The notes below the pieces were generated by a model, which searched no databases, had not been told where the DNA came from, and was given only the letters and a program-made list of their open reading frames with translations. From positions 1-64,000 of the forward strand of contig DASSXV010000007.1 in NCBI GenBank assembly GCA_035703635.1: a stretch of 64,000 bases of DNA, in the 5' to 3' direction. Positions 1 through 10,992 of this stretch are shown here, in pieces. Numbering within the stretch: the stretch's first letter is position 1; every line of letters begins with the position of its first letter. The position numbers and the translations under genes were made by a program. The stretch is from Trueperaceae bacterium (lineage in GTDB: Bacteria; Deinococcota; Deinococci; Deinococcales; Trueperaceae).

Positions 1-153
1 TCTTCTGGGGTGGAGATGGTGATGCCTGGGGATAATGTGGAGTTGGCTGTTGATTTGATTAAGCCGATTGCGATGGAGGAGGGGTTGCGGTTTGCGATTC
101 GTGAGGGTGGGCGTACGGTAGGCGCAGGCGTCGTCACGGCCGTGCTGAAGTAA
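1..153 (+). CDS. tuf: Elongation factor Tu, 3' end (partial)
   Basis: Frame 1 reads [50 protein letters not shown], the EF-Tu C-terminus; directly upstream of rpsJ. Confidence 0.97.
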   Translation, partial: SSGVEMVMPGDNVELAVDLIKPIAMEEGLRFAIREGGRTVGAGVVTAVLK

Positions 154-155
154 TC

Positions 156-476
156 ATGGCTACCCCTCGCATTCGCATCAAACTGAAGGCCTTCGATCAC
201 CGTAGCCTCGACTCGTCGGCTACCAAGATCGTCGAGACCGTGCGCCGCACCGGCGCCAAGGTAGCTGGCCCCGTGCCGCTGCCCACCCGCATCCGTCGCT
301 TCTGCGTGCTGCGCGGGCCGTTCACCGACAAGGACAGCCGCGAGCACTTCGAGATCCGGACCCATAACCGGCTCATCGATATCAAGTCGCCGACCAAGAG
401 CACCATCGACTCCCTCATGCACCTCGACCTCCCAACCGGGGTCGACATCGAGATCAAGACCGTCGGAGGCCGTTGA
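156..476 (+). CDS. rpsJ: 30S ribosomal protein S10
   Basis: [12 protein letters not shown]...GPVPLPT...[16 protein letters not shown]. Confidence 0.98.
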   Translation: MATPRIRIKLKAFDHRSLDSSATKIVETVRRTGAKVAGPVPLPTRIRRFCVLRGPFTDKDSREHFEIRTHNRLIDIKSPTKSTIDSLMHLDLPTGVDIEIKTVGGR

Positions 477-1099
477 CAGTGAAAGGAATCCTCGGCACCA
501 AGGTGGGTATGACCCAGGTGTGGCAAGGCGACCGGCTGGTGCCGGTGACCGTCGTGCTCGCCGGGCCGTGCCCCGTGGTGCAACGCAAGACCCCCGCGAC
601 CGACGGTTACTCCGCGGTTCAGTTGGGGTGGGATGAGCTCCCGGCCAAGGCGGTGAACAAGCCGACCGCTGGTCACTTCAAGCGCGCCGGAACCGCCGCG
701 CGTCGTCACCTCGTCGAGTTCCGCGACTACGCACCAGAGACCGACGAGGTCACCGCCGACGTGTTCGGCGCTGGTGAAGTCGTGGACGTCACGGGCATCA
801 GCAAGGGCCGCGGCACTGCTGGGGTGATGAAGCGTTGGAACTTCAGCGGTCTCGGCGCCAGCCACGGTGTCAAGAAGAAGCACCGTTCCCCGGGCTCCAT
901 CGGCCAGCGCAAGTTCCCTGGCCGCGTCTACAAGGGCAAGCGCATGGCCGGACACTACGGTAGCGAGAAGGTCACCATCGTTGGCCTCACCGTCGTCGAG
1001 GTGCGCTTGGCCGACAACCTGCTGCTGATCAAGGGCTCCATCCCCGGACCGAACGGCAGCCTCGTGCAGGTACGGCAGTCGAAGAGGAAGGTGAGCTGA
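473..1099 (+). CDS. rplC: 50S ribosomal protein L3 (start TTG 473 or GTG 479)
   Basis: [30 protein letters not shown]; operon order. Confidence 0.97.
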   Translation: MTVKGILGTKVGMTQVWQGDRLVPVTVVLAGPCPVVQRKTPATDGYSAVQLGWDELPAKAVNKPTAGHFKRAGTAARRHLVEFRDYAPETDEVTADVFGAGEVVDVTGISKGRGTAGVMKRWNFSGLGASHGVKKKHRSPGSIGQRKFPGRVYKGKRMAGHYGSEKVTIVGLTVVEVRLADNLLLIKGSIPGPNGSLVQVRQSKRKVS

Positions 1100-1695
1100 T
1101 GTCGGTCACAGTCGACGTCATCGGCAGCGGTCGTAAGGTCACCCTTGACCTGCCGGAGCCCAAGGAGTCCGTGCTGCACGAGGTCGTCTTGTGGCAGCTC
1201 GCCAAGCGTCGCCGCGGCACCGCCGCTACCAAGACGCGTGGCATGCTCAGTGGCTCAACCGCCAAGATCTACCCGCAGAAGGGCACTGGCCGCGCACGCC
1301 ACGGCGACCGCAAGGCCCCCATCTTCGTTGGTGGCAGCAAGGCCTTCGGGCCGCAACCCCGTTCTTACGACTACACGCTCCCCAAGCGTGTCCGCCGCTT
1401 AGGCCTCCAGATGGCCATCGCGACGCGCGCCCAGGACGGTCGCCTCACGCTAGTCGACTCGTTCGGCGTGGGCGGTAAGACCCGCGAGTTCGTCGCCTGG
1501 GCCAAGACTCACGGCTTCGAAGGCAATGAGCGCGTCCTCCTCGTAACGGACGACGAGCTCGTGCGCCGCGCCGCGCGCAACGTGCCCTGGATCGACGTAC
1601 TCGCTACGGCAGGCCTTAACGTCTACGACGTTCTGCGCGCCGACCGCGTGATCGCCGACGCCAAGCTGTTCGACGGCGCCGAGGAGCAGGCATGA
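1099..1695 (+). CDS. rplD: 50S ribosomal protein L4
   Basis: [14 protein letters not shown]...APIFVGG...FGPQPR. Confidence 0.97.
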   Translation: MSVTVDVIGSGRKVTLDLPEPKESVLHEVVLWQLAKRRRGTAATKTRGMLSGSTAKIYPQKGTGRARHGDRKAPIFVGGSKAFGPQPRSYDYTLPKRVRRLGLQMAIATRAQDGRLTLVDSFGVGGKTREFVAWAKTHGFEGNERVLLVTDDELVRRAARNVPWIDVLATAGLNVYDVLRADRVIADAKLFDGAEEQA

Positions 1696-1979
1696 ACCCG
1701 CACGACGTCATCTTCGCGCCCGTACTGAGCGAGAAGGCCGTAAGCGCCATCGCAACGGGCAAGTACTCCTTCTACGTTCACCCGCACGCGAACCGCGTTC
1801 AGATCCGCGAGGCCATCGAGACGGTGTTCAAGGTCGACGTGACCAAGATCAACCTGATCAATGTCCAAGGCAAGGTCAAGCGCCTAGGTCGCTTCGCAGG
1901 CCGCCGCCCAGAGCGGAAGAAGGCCATCGTCACTCTCAAGGCCGGGCAGCGCATCGAGCAGCTCGAGGGCCTCTCTTAA
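1692..1979 (+). CDS. rplW: 50S ribosomal protein L23
   Basis: PVLSEKA, KKAIVTL; operon order. Confidence 0.97.
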   Translation: MNPHDVIFAPVLSEKAVSAIATGKYSFYVHPHANRVQIREAIETVFKVDVTKINLINVQGKVKRLGRFAGRRPERKKAIVTLKAGQRIEQLEGLS

Positions 1980-1996
1980 AGGAGGAGGGATAGGCT

Positions 1997-2830
1997 ATGT
2001 CTACCAAGAGTTACCGCCCATACACCCCCTCCCGTCGCACCATGACGACTTCGGACTTCGCGGAAGTCACGCGCGACACGCCGGAGAAGTCGCTGATCCG
2101 TCCGATCAAGAAGTCTGGTGGCCGCAACCACCACGGTCGCATCACCTCGCGCTTCCGCGGCGGTGGCCACAAGCGCCGCTACCGCTTGATCGACTTCAGG
2201 CGCCGCGATAAGGAAGGCGTACCCGCCAAGGTCGCCGCCATCGAGTACGACCCTAACCGGAGCTCGAATATCGCGTTGCTTCACTACCGCGACGGCGAGA
2301 AGCGCTACATCCTCGCCCCTGACAAGCTCACTGTCGGCAGCCTCGTCGTCAGCGGCGCAGAGTCGGAGCCCGTGCTCGGCAACGCCATGCCGCTGCGCTT
2401 CATCCCGATCGGCTCGGTCGTTCACGCCGTCGAGTTGCAGCCAGGCAAGGGTGCGCAGTTGGCCCGCTCGGCTGGCACGAGCATCCAGATCCAGGGCCGC
2501 GACGGCTCGTACGTCACGCTGCGTCTCCCATCTGGTGAGCTGCGCAAGGTGCACGGCGAGTGCTACGCCACCATGGGCGGCGTTGGCAACAGCGAGCACA
2601 AGAACATCATCATCGGTAAGGCAGGCCGCAGCCGCTGGCTCGGCCGCAAGCCACACCAGCGCGGTCGCGCCATGAACCCGGTCGACCACCCGCACGGTGG
2701 TGGCGAAGGACGTTCGACGAGCGGCCGCCCGCCGGTCAGCCCCTGGGGCCAACAGGCCAAGGGTCTCAGGACGCGCAACAAGCGCAAGGGTTCTAGCCGC
2801 TTCATCGTGCGGCGCCGGAAGGGGAGCTGA
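1997..2830 (+). CDS. rplB: 50S ribosomal protein L2
   Basis: [23 protein letters not shown]; strong SD AGGAGG. Confidence 0.98.
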   Translation: MSTKSYRPYTPSRRTMTTSDFAEVTRDTPEKSLIRPIKKSGGRNHHGRITSRFRGGGHKRRYRLIDFRRRDKEGVPAKVAAIEYDPNRSSNIALLHYRDGEKRYILAPDKLTVGSLVVSGAESEPVLGNAMPLRFIPIGSVVHAVELQPGKGAQLARSAGTSIQIQGRDGSYVTLRLPSGELRKVHGECYATMGGVGNSEHKNIIIGKAGRSRWLGRKPHQRGRAMNPVDHPHGGGEGRSTSGRPPVSPWGQQAKGLRTRNKRKGSSRFIVRRRKGS

Positions 2831-2832
2831 TC

Positions 2833-3102
2833 ATGGCCCGCAGCCTTAAGAAGGGCCCGTTCGTCGACGGTCACCTGCTCGACAAGATCGACGCCGCCAA
2901 CGCCTCCGGTGACCGCCGCGTCATCAAGACGTGGAGCCGCCGCAGCACTGTCGTGCCTGAGATGGTCGGCCACACCATCGGCGTTTACAACGGGCGTCAG
3001 CACGTGCCCGTGTTCGTTCAGGAGACCATGGTCGGGCACAAGTTGGGCGAGTTCTCGCCGACGCGCTCGTACCGTGGCCACTCCGGCTCGCGGAAGGACT
3101 GA
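2833..3102 (+). CDS. rpsS: 30S ribosomal protein S19
   Basis: [23 protein letters not shown]. Confidence 0.98.
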   Translation: MARSLKKGPFVDGHLLDKIDAANASGDRRVIKTWSRRSTVVPEMVGHTIGVYNGRQHVPVFVQETMVGHKLGEFSPTRSYRGHSGSRKD

Positions 3103-3104
3103 CC

Positions 3105-3452
3105 ATGGCGCAACAAGCCAAGGCCTCCCTCCGTCAACTACGCGTCACCGCACGTAAGACGCGCCTCGTCGCCGACCTCATCCGTGGCAAGAACGTAAGC
3201 GCCGCCGAGGACATCCTGCGCTACACCGATAAGCGCTCCGCCCTACCCATGCTCAAGGTGCTGCAGAGTGCGAAGGCGAACGCCGTGAACAATCACGACA
3301 TGTTCGAGGACGGCCTCTTCGTCAAGGCCATCGAGGTCGATGAGGGTCCGACGCTCAAGCGCTTCCTGCCCCGCGCCCGCGGCCGCGCCGACCTGTTGCG
3401 CAAGCGCACCTGCAGCATCTCGATCACCCTGGAGGAACGCAGTGGGAAATAA
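3105..3452 (+). CDS. rplV: 50S ribosomal protein L22
   Basis: RKTRLVADLIRG, VDEGPTLKRFLPRARGRA. Confidence 0.98.
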   Translation: MAQQAKASLRQLRVTARKTRLVADLIRGKNVSAAEDILRYTDKRSALPMLKVLQSAKANAVNNHDMFEDGLFVKAIEVDEGPTLKRFLPRARGRADLLRKRTCSISITLEERSGK

Positions 3453-4224
3453 GATCAACCCCGTCGGCTTCCGGCTCGGCGTGAACAAGGACGCATCGGC
3501 GCACTGGTACGCCTCGCCTGCCGACTACCCACGCCTCCTGCAAGAAGACGAACTCATCCGCGCCACCGTCATGAAGGACGTCGGTCACTCCGGCGTGTCT
3601 CGCATCGACATCGAGCGCGCAGCTCACAACATCAACGTGACCATCCACACGGCCAAACCAGGCGTCGTCATCGGTCGCGGCGGCGAAGCCATCAAGGCAC
3701 TGCGTATCAAGCTCAGCGCCAAGATCCCAGGCACCATCGGCGTCAACGTGCAAGAGGTCTCGAACCCCAACACGAACGCCGCCCTCATCGCCCAGCGCAT
3801 CGCGGAGCAGCTCGAACGCCGCTTCGCCTTCCGCCGCGCCATGAAGCAAGCCGTTCAGCGCACCATGGAGTCCGGCGCCCGCGGCGTCAAGATCCGCTGC
3901 TCCGGTCGCCTCGGCGGCACCGAGCAGGCGCGCCCAGAGTGGTACGCGGACGGTCGCGTGCCGCTGCAGACCCTCCGCGCGGACATCGACTACGGCACCG
4001 CCCGCGCCAGCACGACTTACGGCGTCATCGGCGTCAAGGCGTGGGTCTTCCACGGCGAGATCGTTGGCGACAAGCAGCGCAAGGCCGCAGTGCTCCCGCG
4101 CCCCAAGGCAGACGACGACAAGAAGCGCCGTCGCCGCCCGGCCGGCCCACGCCGCCGCGATGGTGCACCAGGCGCAAAGCCCGGTGCCAAGGACACGCGT
4201 CCGCGTGCCCGGAAGGAGCGCTAA
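3442..4224 (+). CDS. rpsC: 30S ribosomal protein S3
   Basis: GTG start 3442: MGNKINPVGFRLG...GRVPLQTLRADIDY; basic C-terminal tail. Confidence 0.97.
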   Translation: MGNKINPVGFRLGVNKDASAHWYASPADYPRLLQEDELIRATVMKDVGHSGVSRIDIERAAHNINVTIHTAKPGVVIGRGGEAIKALRIKLSAKIPGTIGVNVQEVSNPNTNAALIAQRIAEQLERRFAFRRAMKQAVQRTMESGARGVKIRCSGRLGGTEQARPEWYADGRVPLQTLRADIDYGTARASTTYGVIGVKAWVFHGEIVGDKQRKAAVLPRPKADDDKKRRRRPAGPRRRDGAPGAKPGAKDTRPRARKER

Positions 4225-4227
4225 GCC

Positions 4228-4653
4228 ATGTTGCTACCGAAGCGCGTCAAGTACCGCAAGCAGATGCGCGGCCGCATGACTGGCGCTACCAAGGGCGGCG
4301 ACTACGTCGCCTTCGGGGACTACGGCCTCGTGGCCCTCGAGCCCGCCTGGATCAAGTCGAACCAGATCGAGGCAGTCCGCGTCACCATGAGCCGTTACTT
4401 CCGCCGTGGTGGTAAGATTTACGTTCGCATCTTCCCTGACAAGCCCGTCACCAAGAAGCCACAAGAAGTGCGAATGGGTAAGGGGAAGGGTGCGGTGGAG
4501 TACTGGGTAAGCGTGGTGAAGCCTGGCCGCATCCTGTTCGAGGTCGCCAACGTGACCGAGGAACAGGCTAAGGAAGCCTTCCGCCTCGCATCTCACAAGC
4601 TCCCCATCAAGGTCAAGATGGTCAAGCGGGAGATTTACGATGAAGCCCAATGA
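4228..4653 (+). CDS. rplP: 50S ribosomal protein L16
   Basis: [18 protein letters not shown]. Confidence 0.98.
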   Translation: MLLPKRVKYRKQMRGRMTGATKGGDYVAFGDYGLVALEPAWIKSNQIEAVRVTMSRYFRRGGKIYVRIFPDKPVTKKPQEVRMGKGKGAVEYWVSVVKPGRILFEVANVTEEQAKEAFRLASHKLPIKVKMVKREIYDEAQ

Positions 4654-4837
4654 GGTAAGGAACATGAGCGGCGGCGAGATCGCTGCCGAGGTCGACAAGC
4701 GCCGCGAGGAGCTCTTCGACCTGCGCCTCCAATCGGCCGTGGGGCACACCAGCAACCCGCGCCGCGCCCGTATGGCTAAGCGTGAGATCGCTCGGCTCCT
4801 GACCATCGCCAAAGAGAAGGCCGAGGGAACACGGTGA
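4640..4837 (+). CDS. rpmC: 50S ribosomal protein L29
   Basis: ELFDLRLQ...KREIARLLT; operon order. Confidence 0.96.
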   Translation: MKPNEVRNMSGGEIAAEVDKRREELFDLRLQSAVGHTSNPRRARMAKREIARLLTIAKEKAEGTR

Positions 4838-5085
4838 AGGTAACCAAGACTATGCAAGGCCGCGTCGTCAGCGACAAGGCCGACAAGACCGTGACGGTCA
4901 ACGTGGAGCGGCGCTTCAAGCACCCGCTTTACGGCAAGGTCGTCACTGTGTCGAAGCGCTACCTCGCGCACGATGAGGCCAACAGCTACCAGGTCGGCGA
5001 CCTGGTCGAGATCGCGTCCAGCCGCCCCATCAGCCGCCGCAAGCGCTTCGTGGTGTCGCGCTTGATCGAGAAGGCGCGCGCTTAA
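4834..5085 (+). CDS. rpsQ: 30S ribosomal protein S17
   Basis: [27 protein letters not shown]. Confidence 0.97.
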   Translation: MKVTKTMQGRVVSDKADKTVTVNVERRFKHPLYGKVVTVSKRYLAHDEANSYQVGDLVEIASSRPISRRKRFVVSRLIEKARA

Positions 5086-5104
5086 GCCGCGGGAGTGAGC
5101 TGAC

Positions 5105-5473
5105 ATGATTCAACAGGAAACTTTCCTAGACGTGGCCGACAACTCTGGCGCGCGCACCATCCAATGCATCCGCGTGCTCGGCACCGGTCAGCAGTGGGTC
5201 GGCTCCGTCGGTGACGTCATCGTCGCGGCCGTCAAGGACGCCATCCCGCACGCCGCCGTCAAGAAGGGCGACGTCGTGAAGGCGGTCATCGTGCGGACCA
5301 AGAAGGAAGTCAACCGCAAGGACGGCTCCTCGATCCGCTTCGACACCAACGCTGCCGTCATCCTCACGCCACAGAACGAACCGCGCGGCACGCGCGTGTT
5401 CGGACCAGTCGCCCGCGAGCTGCGCGAGAAGAAGTTCATGCGCATAGTGTCGCTGGCCCCGGAGGTGCTGTGA
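5105..5473 (+). CDS. rplN: 50S ribosomal protein L14
   Basis: [16 protein letters not shown]...[13 protein letters not shown]...SLAPEVL. Confidence 0.98.
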   Translation: MIQQETFLDVADNSGARTIQCIRVLGTGQQWVGSVGDVIVAAVKDAIPHAAVKKGDVVKAVIVRTKKEVNRKDGSSIRFDTNAAVILTPQNEPRGTRVFGPVARELREKKFMRIVSLAPEVL

Positions 5474-5802
5474 TGTCGCAGGTCAAGTCGCGCATCAAGA
5501 AGGGCGATAACGTCAAGGTCATCGCCGGCAAGCACAAGGGCTCACAGGGCGAGGTCATCGCGGTCAACCGCGAGAAGAGCCGAGTCGTCGTCAAGAACGT
5601 CAACATCATCAAGAAGGCGCAGCGCCCCACTCAGGAGAACCCCCGCGGGGGCTTCCTCGAGCAGGAAGCGGCCATTCACCTGAGCAACGTCCAGTTGCTT
5701 GACCCGAAGTCGGGCGAACCGACCCGCATCGCCTACCGCTTCCTCGACGACGGCCGCAAAGTCAGGGTCTCCGTCAAGAGCGGCACCCAGTTGGACGAGT
5801 GA
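5473..5802 (+). CDS. rplX: 50S ribosomal protein L24
   Basis: KOW motif [25 protein letters not shown]. Confidence 0.97.
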   Translation: MSQVKSRIKKGDNVKVIAGKHKGSQGEVIAVNREKSRVVVKNVNIIKKAQRPTQENPRGGFLEQEAAIHLSNVQLLDPKSGEPTRIAYRFLDDGRKVRVSVKSGTQLDE

Positions 5803-6356
5803 TGAGCATCCAGAAGATTGAACTCCCTATAAAGAAGCGTTACGCCGCCATCCAGCCACAACTCGCTGAGCGCCACGGTTACACGAACGTCATGGCCATC
5901 CCGCGCATCGAGAAGATCGTGGTGAACATGGGCGTCGGCGAGGCCCGCGACGACTCGAAGGTCATCGACAAGGCCTCGAAGGAGATCGCCAACATCACGC
6001 TGCAACGCCCTGCCGTGACTCGCGCCAAGAAGTCGGTCTCCAACTTCAAGCTGCGTGCTGGCATGCCCGTTGGCCTGCGCGTGACGCTGCGCGGTGTGCG
6101 CATGTGGTCGTTCCTCGATCGCCTCGTCAACATCGCCTTGCCGCGCGTGCGTGACTTCCGTGGGGTCCCAACCAACAGCTTCGACGGCCGTGGCAACTAC
6201 AGCCTAGGCATCCGCGAGCAGATGGTGTTCCCCGAGATCAGCTACGAGCAAGTCGACGCCACCCGCGGTTTCGACGTCACCATCGTCACGACGGCCAAGA
6301 CCGACGAGGAAGCGCGCTCGCTTCTCGAACTCCTCGGCATGCCGTTCAGGAAGTAA
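5802..6356 (+). CDS. rplE: 50S ribosomal protein L5
   Basis: [30 protein letters not shown]. Confidence 0.98.
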   Translation: MSIQKIELPIKKRYAAIQPQLAERHGYTNVMAIPRIEKIVVNMGVGEARDDSKVIDKASKEIANITLQRPAVTRAKKSVSNFKLRAGMPVGLRVTLRGVRMWSFLDRLVNIALPRVRDFRGVPTNSFDGRGNYSLGIREQMVFPEISYEQVDATRGFDVTIVTTAKTDEEARSLLELLGMPFRK

Positions 6357-6370
6357 GGGAGGAGGGAAGA

Positions 6371-6556
6371 GTGGCAACGAAGGCTCATATTGCGAAGTCA
6401 AAGCGCACCCCTAAGTTCGCCGTGCGTTCAGGCAACCGCTGCTCGCGCTGCGGCCGGTCACGGGCGTACTTGCGCGACTTTGGCGTCTGCCGCATCTGCA
6501 TGCGCGAGATGGCGCACCTCGGGCACCTGCCCGGCGTCGTCAAAGCGAGCTGGTGA
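6371..6556 (+). CDS. rpsZ: 30S ribosomal protein S14, zinc-binding short (type Z) form
   Basis: 61 aa, RCSRCGR...[13 protein letters not shown]. Confidence 0.97.
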   Translation: MATKAHIAKSKRTPKFAVRSGNRCSRCGRSRAYLRDFGVCRICMREMAHLGHLPGVVKASW

Positions 6557-6669
6557 GGCGCTGAGGCGCTCCGGAACGCCGCATGGCGCTCCGCTACAAG
6601 CGAGACGAAGTAATGGCGGGGAAGAGGTCCGCGCGCACGCGCTGAAACCGCCCCCACGGAGGAAGGTAA

Positions 6670-7065
6670 ATGCAGACTGATCCAATCGCAGATATGCTCA
6701 CGCGCATACGCAACGCCGTGGCCAAGGCCGAGGCTAGCGTCGACATGCCGGCGAGCAAGTTCAAACTGGCCCTTGGCCAGGTCCTCGTAGCCGAGGGCTA
6801 CCTCAAGTCGATCGAAGCGGTCGACAAGGAGGGCAAGCCTTACCTGCGCATAGGCCTCAAGTACGGCCATAAGCGCAGCCCGGTCATCCACTCACTCAAG
6901 CGCGTCTCGACCCCTGGTCGCCGCGCATACGCCAAAGCGGAACACGTGCCCGTCGTACGCGGCGGTCTCGGCATCGCCGTGATCTCGACCTCGCGCGGCC
7001 TACTGGCCGACCGCGAGGCCCGCCGCGCCAACATCGGCGGGGAGATCGTCTGCGAGGTCTGGTGA
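6670..7065 (+). CDS. rpsH: 30S ribosomal protein S8
   Basis: TDPIADMLTRIRNA, GGEIVCEVW. Confidence 0.98.
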   Translation: MQTDPIADMLTRIRNAVAKAEASVDMPASKFKLALGQVLVAEGYLKSIEAVDKEGKPYLRIGLKYGHKRSPVIHSLKRVSTPGRRAYAKAEHVPVVRGGLGIAVISTSRGLLADREARRANIGGEIVCEVW

Positions 7066-7607
7066 TGTCGCGCATCGGTCGTTCACCCATCCAACTCCCC
7101 AAGGGCGTCGAGACGAAAGTCGTCGAGCCCGGCAAGGTTTCCGTCAAGGGGCCGAAGGGCAGCCTCGAGGTCGTTTTCAGCCCTCGCATGCAGCTGCAGC
7201 AGGAGGACGGCGCCCTCAAGGTGGCCCGCCCTACCGACCATAACCAGGACCGCGCCCAGCACGGTCTCGCGCGCACCCTCATCGCGAACGCCATCACTGG
7301 CGTAACCGAAGGCTACGAGAAGAAGCTAGAGATCCACGGCGTCGGTTTCCGTTGCGCCAACAAGGGCAGCACCCTCGAACTCACGCTCGGTTTCTCCCAC
7401 CCTGTCGTCGTCGATCCGCCGGCTGGAATCACCGTTCAGGCGACGGAGCCGACGCGCATCACGGTTAGTGGCATCGACAAGCAGCTCGTCGGTCAAGTGG
7501 CCGCCAATATCCGGGCATTGCGCCCACCCGACTCGTACCACGGCAAGGGTGTCAGGTACGTAGGAGAAACCGTCCGCCTCAAGCCCGGCAAGTCCGCGGC
7601 GCGTTAA
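7065..7607 (+). CDS. rplF: 50S ribosomal protein L6
   Basis: [22 protein letters not shown]. Confidence 0.98.
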   Translation: MSRIGRSPIQLPKGVETKVVEPGKVSVKGPKGSLEVVFSPRMQLQQEDGALKVARPTDHNQDRAQHGLARTLIANAITGVTEGYEKKLEIHGVGFRCANKGSTLELTLGFSHPVVVDPPAGITVQATEPTRITVSGIDKQLVGQVAANIRALRPPDSYHGKGVRYVGETVRLKPGKSAAR

Positions 7608-7624
7608 GCGAGACAGGTCAAGGA

Positions 7625-7978
7625 ATGAGCATGAAAGCTACCGTACGCAAGGAACGTCGCGCCAACCGCACTCGCCGGCGTCTACGCCGCCCCGTAGAGA
7701 CGAATCGCTTGCGCCTCTCCGTGTTCCGCAGCGCCAAGCACATCTACGCCCAGGTCATCGACGACGACCACGGTCGCACCGTCGCAGAAGCCAACAGCAA
7801 GACGCTCGCCCCCAAGGGCAACAAGACCGACCAGGCCAAGGAAGTCGGTAAGCTCCTCGCCGAGCGCGCCGTCGCGGCTGGCGTCACGAGCGTCGTCTTC
7901 GACCGCGGTTCGTTCCGCTACCACGGTCGCGTCAAGGCCCTCGCCGAAGGTGCCCGTGAAGGAGGCCTCGAGTTCTGA
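7625..7978 (+). CDS. rplR: 50S ribosomal protein L18
   Basis: [30 protein letters not shown]. Confidence 0.98.
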   Translation: MSMKATVRKERRANRTRRRLRRPVETNRLRLSVFRSAKHIYAQVIDDDHGRTVAEANSKTLAPKGNKTDQAKEVGKLLAERAVAAGVTSVVFDRGSFRYHGRVKALAEGAREGGLEF

Positions 7979-8451
7979 TGGCTGATACTGACTTCGAAGA
8001 TAAGGTCATCTTCATCCGCCGCACCGCCAAGACCTACAAGGGCGGTCGCCGCTTCCGCTTCGGCGCCATGGTCGTCATCGGCGATCGCAATGGTCGCGTC
8101 GGCGTCGGCCTCGGCAAGGCACGCGAAGTGCCTGTCGCCGTACAGAAGGGCCAGTACGTCGCCCGCCGCAACGTAATCGACGTGCCCATCGAAGAGGGCG
8201 GCACCATCCCTCACGAGGTGCTTGGCGAGCACGGCACCAGCCGCGTGATGCTCAAGCCAGCGGGCGCAGGCACCGGCGTCATCGCGGGTAGCGTGCCGCG
8301 CGCCATCGTCGAACTTGCCGGCTACAGCAACCTCCTCACGAAGGAGCTCGGTAGCCGCAACCAGACCAACGTGGCGTACGCGGTCATCGACGGCCTCAAG
8401 CAACTCCGCACGTACAGCGAGGCCAAGCGCCTCAGGGAGACTGCGGAATGA
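7978..8451 (+). CDS. rpsE: 30S ribosomal protein S5
   Basis: [27 protein letters not shown]. Confidence 0.98.
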   Translation: MADTDFEDKVIFIRRTAKTYKGGRRFRFGAMVVIGDRNGRVGVGLGKAREVPVAVQKGQYVARRNVIDVPIEEGGTIPHEVLGEHGTSRVMLKPAGAGTGVIAGSVPRAIVELAGYSNLLTKELGSRNQTNVAYAVIDGLKQLRTYSEAKRLRETAE

Positions 8452-8627
8452 AGCTCAAGCTCGTCCGCAGCCTAATCGGCACCACCAAGACGCAGCGCGG
8501 CACCGTCAACGCCCTCGGTCTCAAGAAGATCGGAGACGTGCGCGAGGTGGTAGACAACGAGTCGACTCGTGGGATGGTCGAGAAGGTCAAGCACCTCCTC
8601 GTCATCGAAGGGAACGAGAAGCGGTGA
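8448..8627 (+). CDS. rpmD: 50S ribosomal protein L30 (59 aa, absent from the ORF track)
   Basis: Translated by hand: [59 protein letters not shown]; lies between rpsE and rplO. Confidence 0.96.
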   Translation: MKLKLVRSLIGTTKTQRGTVNALGLKKIGDVREVVDNESTRGMVEKVKHLLVIEGNEKR

Positions 8628-9085
8628 AGTTGAACGAACTCAGCCCGGCACCGGGCGCGAAGAAGTCCCGCAAGCGCGTGGGCAGGGGTCTCGGTAGCGG
8701 TCGCGGTAAGACCGCTGGTCGGGGCCAGAAGGGCCAGAGAAGTCGCGCCGGCTTTAGTCAGGGCGCAGGCTGGGAAGGCGGGCGTTCGCGCCTGATCATG
8801 CGCCTCCCGAAGCGCGGTTTCACCCGCGTCAAGGACCCACTGCAGCTAGTCAACCTGCGCGACCTCAACGGCTTTGCGGCCAATGAAGAGATCGCAGCAG
8901 AGAAGCTCGTGGCGGCCGGCCTCATCCGCCGCGTCGATCACCCCGTCAAGCTGCTCGCCGATGGCGAACTCGAGGTCAAGGGCCTAGTCATCACGGTCGA
9001 CGCCGCCTCCAAGGGCGCCCTCGCAGCCGTCGCCGCCGCCGGTGGCAAGGTAGTGCTTCCAGCCGCACCGGCTGAGGGAGCTTAA
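8624..9085 (+). CDS. rplO: 50S ribosomal protein L15
   Basis: GTG 8624: [11 protein letters not shown]...[21 protein letters not shown]...RLPKRGF. Confidence 0.97.
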   Translation: MKLNELSPAPGAKKSRKRVGRGLGSGRGKTAGRGQKGQRSRAGFSQGAGWEGGRSRLIMRLPKRGFTRVKDPLQLVNLRDLNGFAANEEIAAEKLVAAGLIRRVDHPVKLLADGELEVKGLVITVDAASKGALAAVAAAGGKVVLPAAPAEGA

Positions 9086-9087
9086 GC

Positions 9088-10404
9088 ATGCTGAAGGCCT
9101 TTCGCAATGCTCTGGTCATCCCGGACTTGCGGGCCAAACTGCTCGTCACCATCGGACTCCTAGCCGCCTACCGCCTTATGGTTCACATCCCCACTCCGGG
9201 GGTCGACATCCAGGCGCTCAAAGCGGGCGGGTTCGGTGGCGGCGTGTTCTCGCTGCTGAACTTCATCTCGGGCGGTAACTTCGAGGTCTTCTCGATCGCG
9301 GCGCTCGGGGTGATCCCATACATCACGGCCAGCATCATCATCCAGCTGCTCACGAGCACGTACCCACCCCTCGAGAAGCTCTCCAAGGAGGGCGAGGAGG
9401 GGCGGCGCAAGATCACGCAGTACACGCGCTGGGGCGCTACGGCCCTCGGCGCCATCCAGGCGTTGTTCTTGGCCATCGCCCTCATCGGGCCATCCGGCGC
9501 TCTCAAAGTCGGTTGGGCTAACGGGCCCTTCTTCTGGTTCGTCGTGCTCGTAACGCAGGTTGCCGGCATCACGGTAGTGATGTGGCTCGGTGAGAAGATC
9601 ACGGAGTACGGCATAGGTAACGGCATCTCGTTGATCATCTATGCCGGTATCGTCGCCGCCTTCCCTGGCGCCCTCGGGCAGCAGTTCGCCCTCATCGGGG
9701 CGGGGGAGGCCAACATCTTCGGCCTGCTCTTCTACATCGTGCTGCTGGTGGTAGCCATCGCCGGCATGGTTCTCGTGCAGCAAGCCGAGCGGCGCATTCC
9801 CGTGCAGTACGCGCGCAAGGTAGTCGGCCGCAAGGTGATGGGCGGCCAGACGACCTACATCCCGCTGCGCCTCAACGCTGCCGGGGTCATCCCCATCATC
9901 TTCGCGGTCGCGATCCTGGTCCTCCCGCAAACCCTCATCGGTGCGTTCCCCGAGATCAACTGGCTTCAGGGCTTGGGCGCCTGGTTCAACCCCTCTCAGT
10001 GGCAGGGCTTGCTCCTAAGCACCCTTCTCATCGTCGGGTTCACCTACTTCTACACCCAGATCTCGTTCGATCCGCGCCGCATCAGTGAGAACCTCCGTGA
10101 GTACGGCGGCTTCGTGCCTGGGGTGCGCCCCGGTCAGCAAACGACCGAGCACTTAACGCGCATAACGAACCGCATCACCCTCTGGGGCGCGCTGTTCCTC
10201 GGCCTGGTGAACGCGCTGCCGCAGACGTTCTCCTGGCTCACCGGTCAACAGCAGCTTTCGCTCGTCTTCTCCGGCACCGGCCTGCTGATCATGGTCGGGG
10301 TAGCGCTCGACACGCTGCGCCAGCTGGAATCTCAGCTCATGATGCGTCACTACGAAGGCTTCGTGTCAAAAGGCCGCATCCGCGGCCGCGGGAGGCGCTT
10401 CTAG
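9088..10404 (+). CDS. secY: Preprotein translocase subunit SecY
   Basis: SIAALGVIPYITASII, GIGNGISLII, PGVRPG; multiple TM segments. Confidence 0.98.
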   Translation: MLKAFRNALVIPDLRAKLLVTIGLLAAYRLMVHIPTPGVDIQALKAGGFGGGVFSLLNFISGGNFEVFSIAALGVIPYITASIIIQLLTSTYPPLEKLSKEGEEGRRKITQYTRWGATALGAIQALFLAIALIGPSGALKVGWANGPFFWFVVLVTQVAGITVVMWLGEKITEYGIGNGISLIIYAGIVAAFPGALGQQFALIGAGEANIFGLLFYIVLLVVAIAGMVLVQQAERRIPVQYARKVVGRKVMGGQTTYIPLRLNAAGVIPIIFAVAILVLPQTLIGAFPEINWLQGLGAWFNPSQWQGLLLSTLLIVGFTYFYTQISFDPRRISENLREYGGFVPGVRPGQQTTEHLTRITNRITLWGALFLGLVNALPQTFSWLTGQQQLSLVFSGTGLLIMVGVALDTLRQLESQLMMRHYEGFVSKGRIRGRGRRF

Positions 10405-10992
10405 GTGAGCGCGGAAACTCCTGAGGTCGTACTACTCATGGGCCCGCCCGGGGCCGGCAAGGGCACGCAGGCCAACCTGCTCGCCGCCAGCCGCCACCTG
10501 CAGAAGCTCTCTACCGGGGACATGCTTCGCGCGCACGTCCGTGACGGCACCGAACTTGGCCACAAGGCCAAGGCCGTCATGGACGAGGGCGCCCTCGTGA
10601 CTGACGAGATCATCATCGCCATGGTCAAGGCCGAGCTCGACAAGATGAACCCCATCCGCGTTCTGCTCGACGGCTTCCCACGCACCACCGGGCAGGCCGA
10701 GGCGCTCGACGAGCTGCTTGCCAGCTACGGCGTTGGCATCACGGCGGCACTCGAGTTGGTCGTCGACGAGGCCGAGCTCGTACGGCGCCTGGTCGGTCGG
10801 GCCGAGCAAGAAGGCCGCTCGGACGATAACGAGGCCACCATCTTGCGCCGCATGGCGGTTTACCGCGAGCAGACCGCGCCACTTATCGATTACTACCAGC
10901 AGCACGGCCAACACCGCAGCGTAGACGGGATGGGTTCTACCCAGGCCGTCGAGGCGCGCATCGCGAATGCGCTGGAAAGCGAGTTGGCATGA
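10405..10992 (+). CDS. adk: Adenylate kinase (short-LID type)
   Basis: GPPGAGKGTQA, LSTGDMLR, LDGFPRT, GRSDD. Confidence 0.97.
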   Translation: MSAETPEVVLLMGPPGAGKGTQANLLAASRHLQKLSTGDMLRAHVRDGTELGHKAKAVMDEGALVTDEIIIAMVKAELDKMNPIRVLLDGFPRTTGQAEALDELLASYGVGITAALELVVDEAELVRRLVGRAEQEGRSDDNEATILRRMAVYREQTAPLIDYYQQHGQHRSVDGMGSTQAVEARIANALESELA

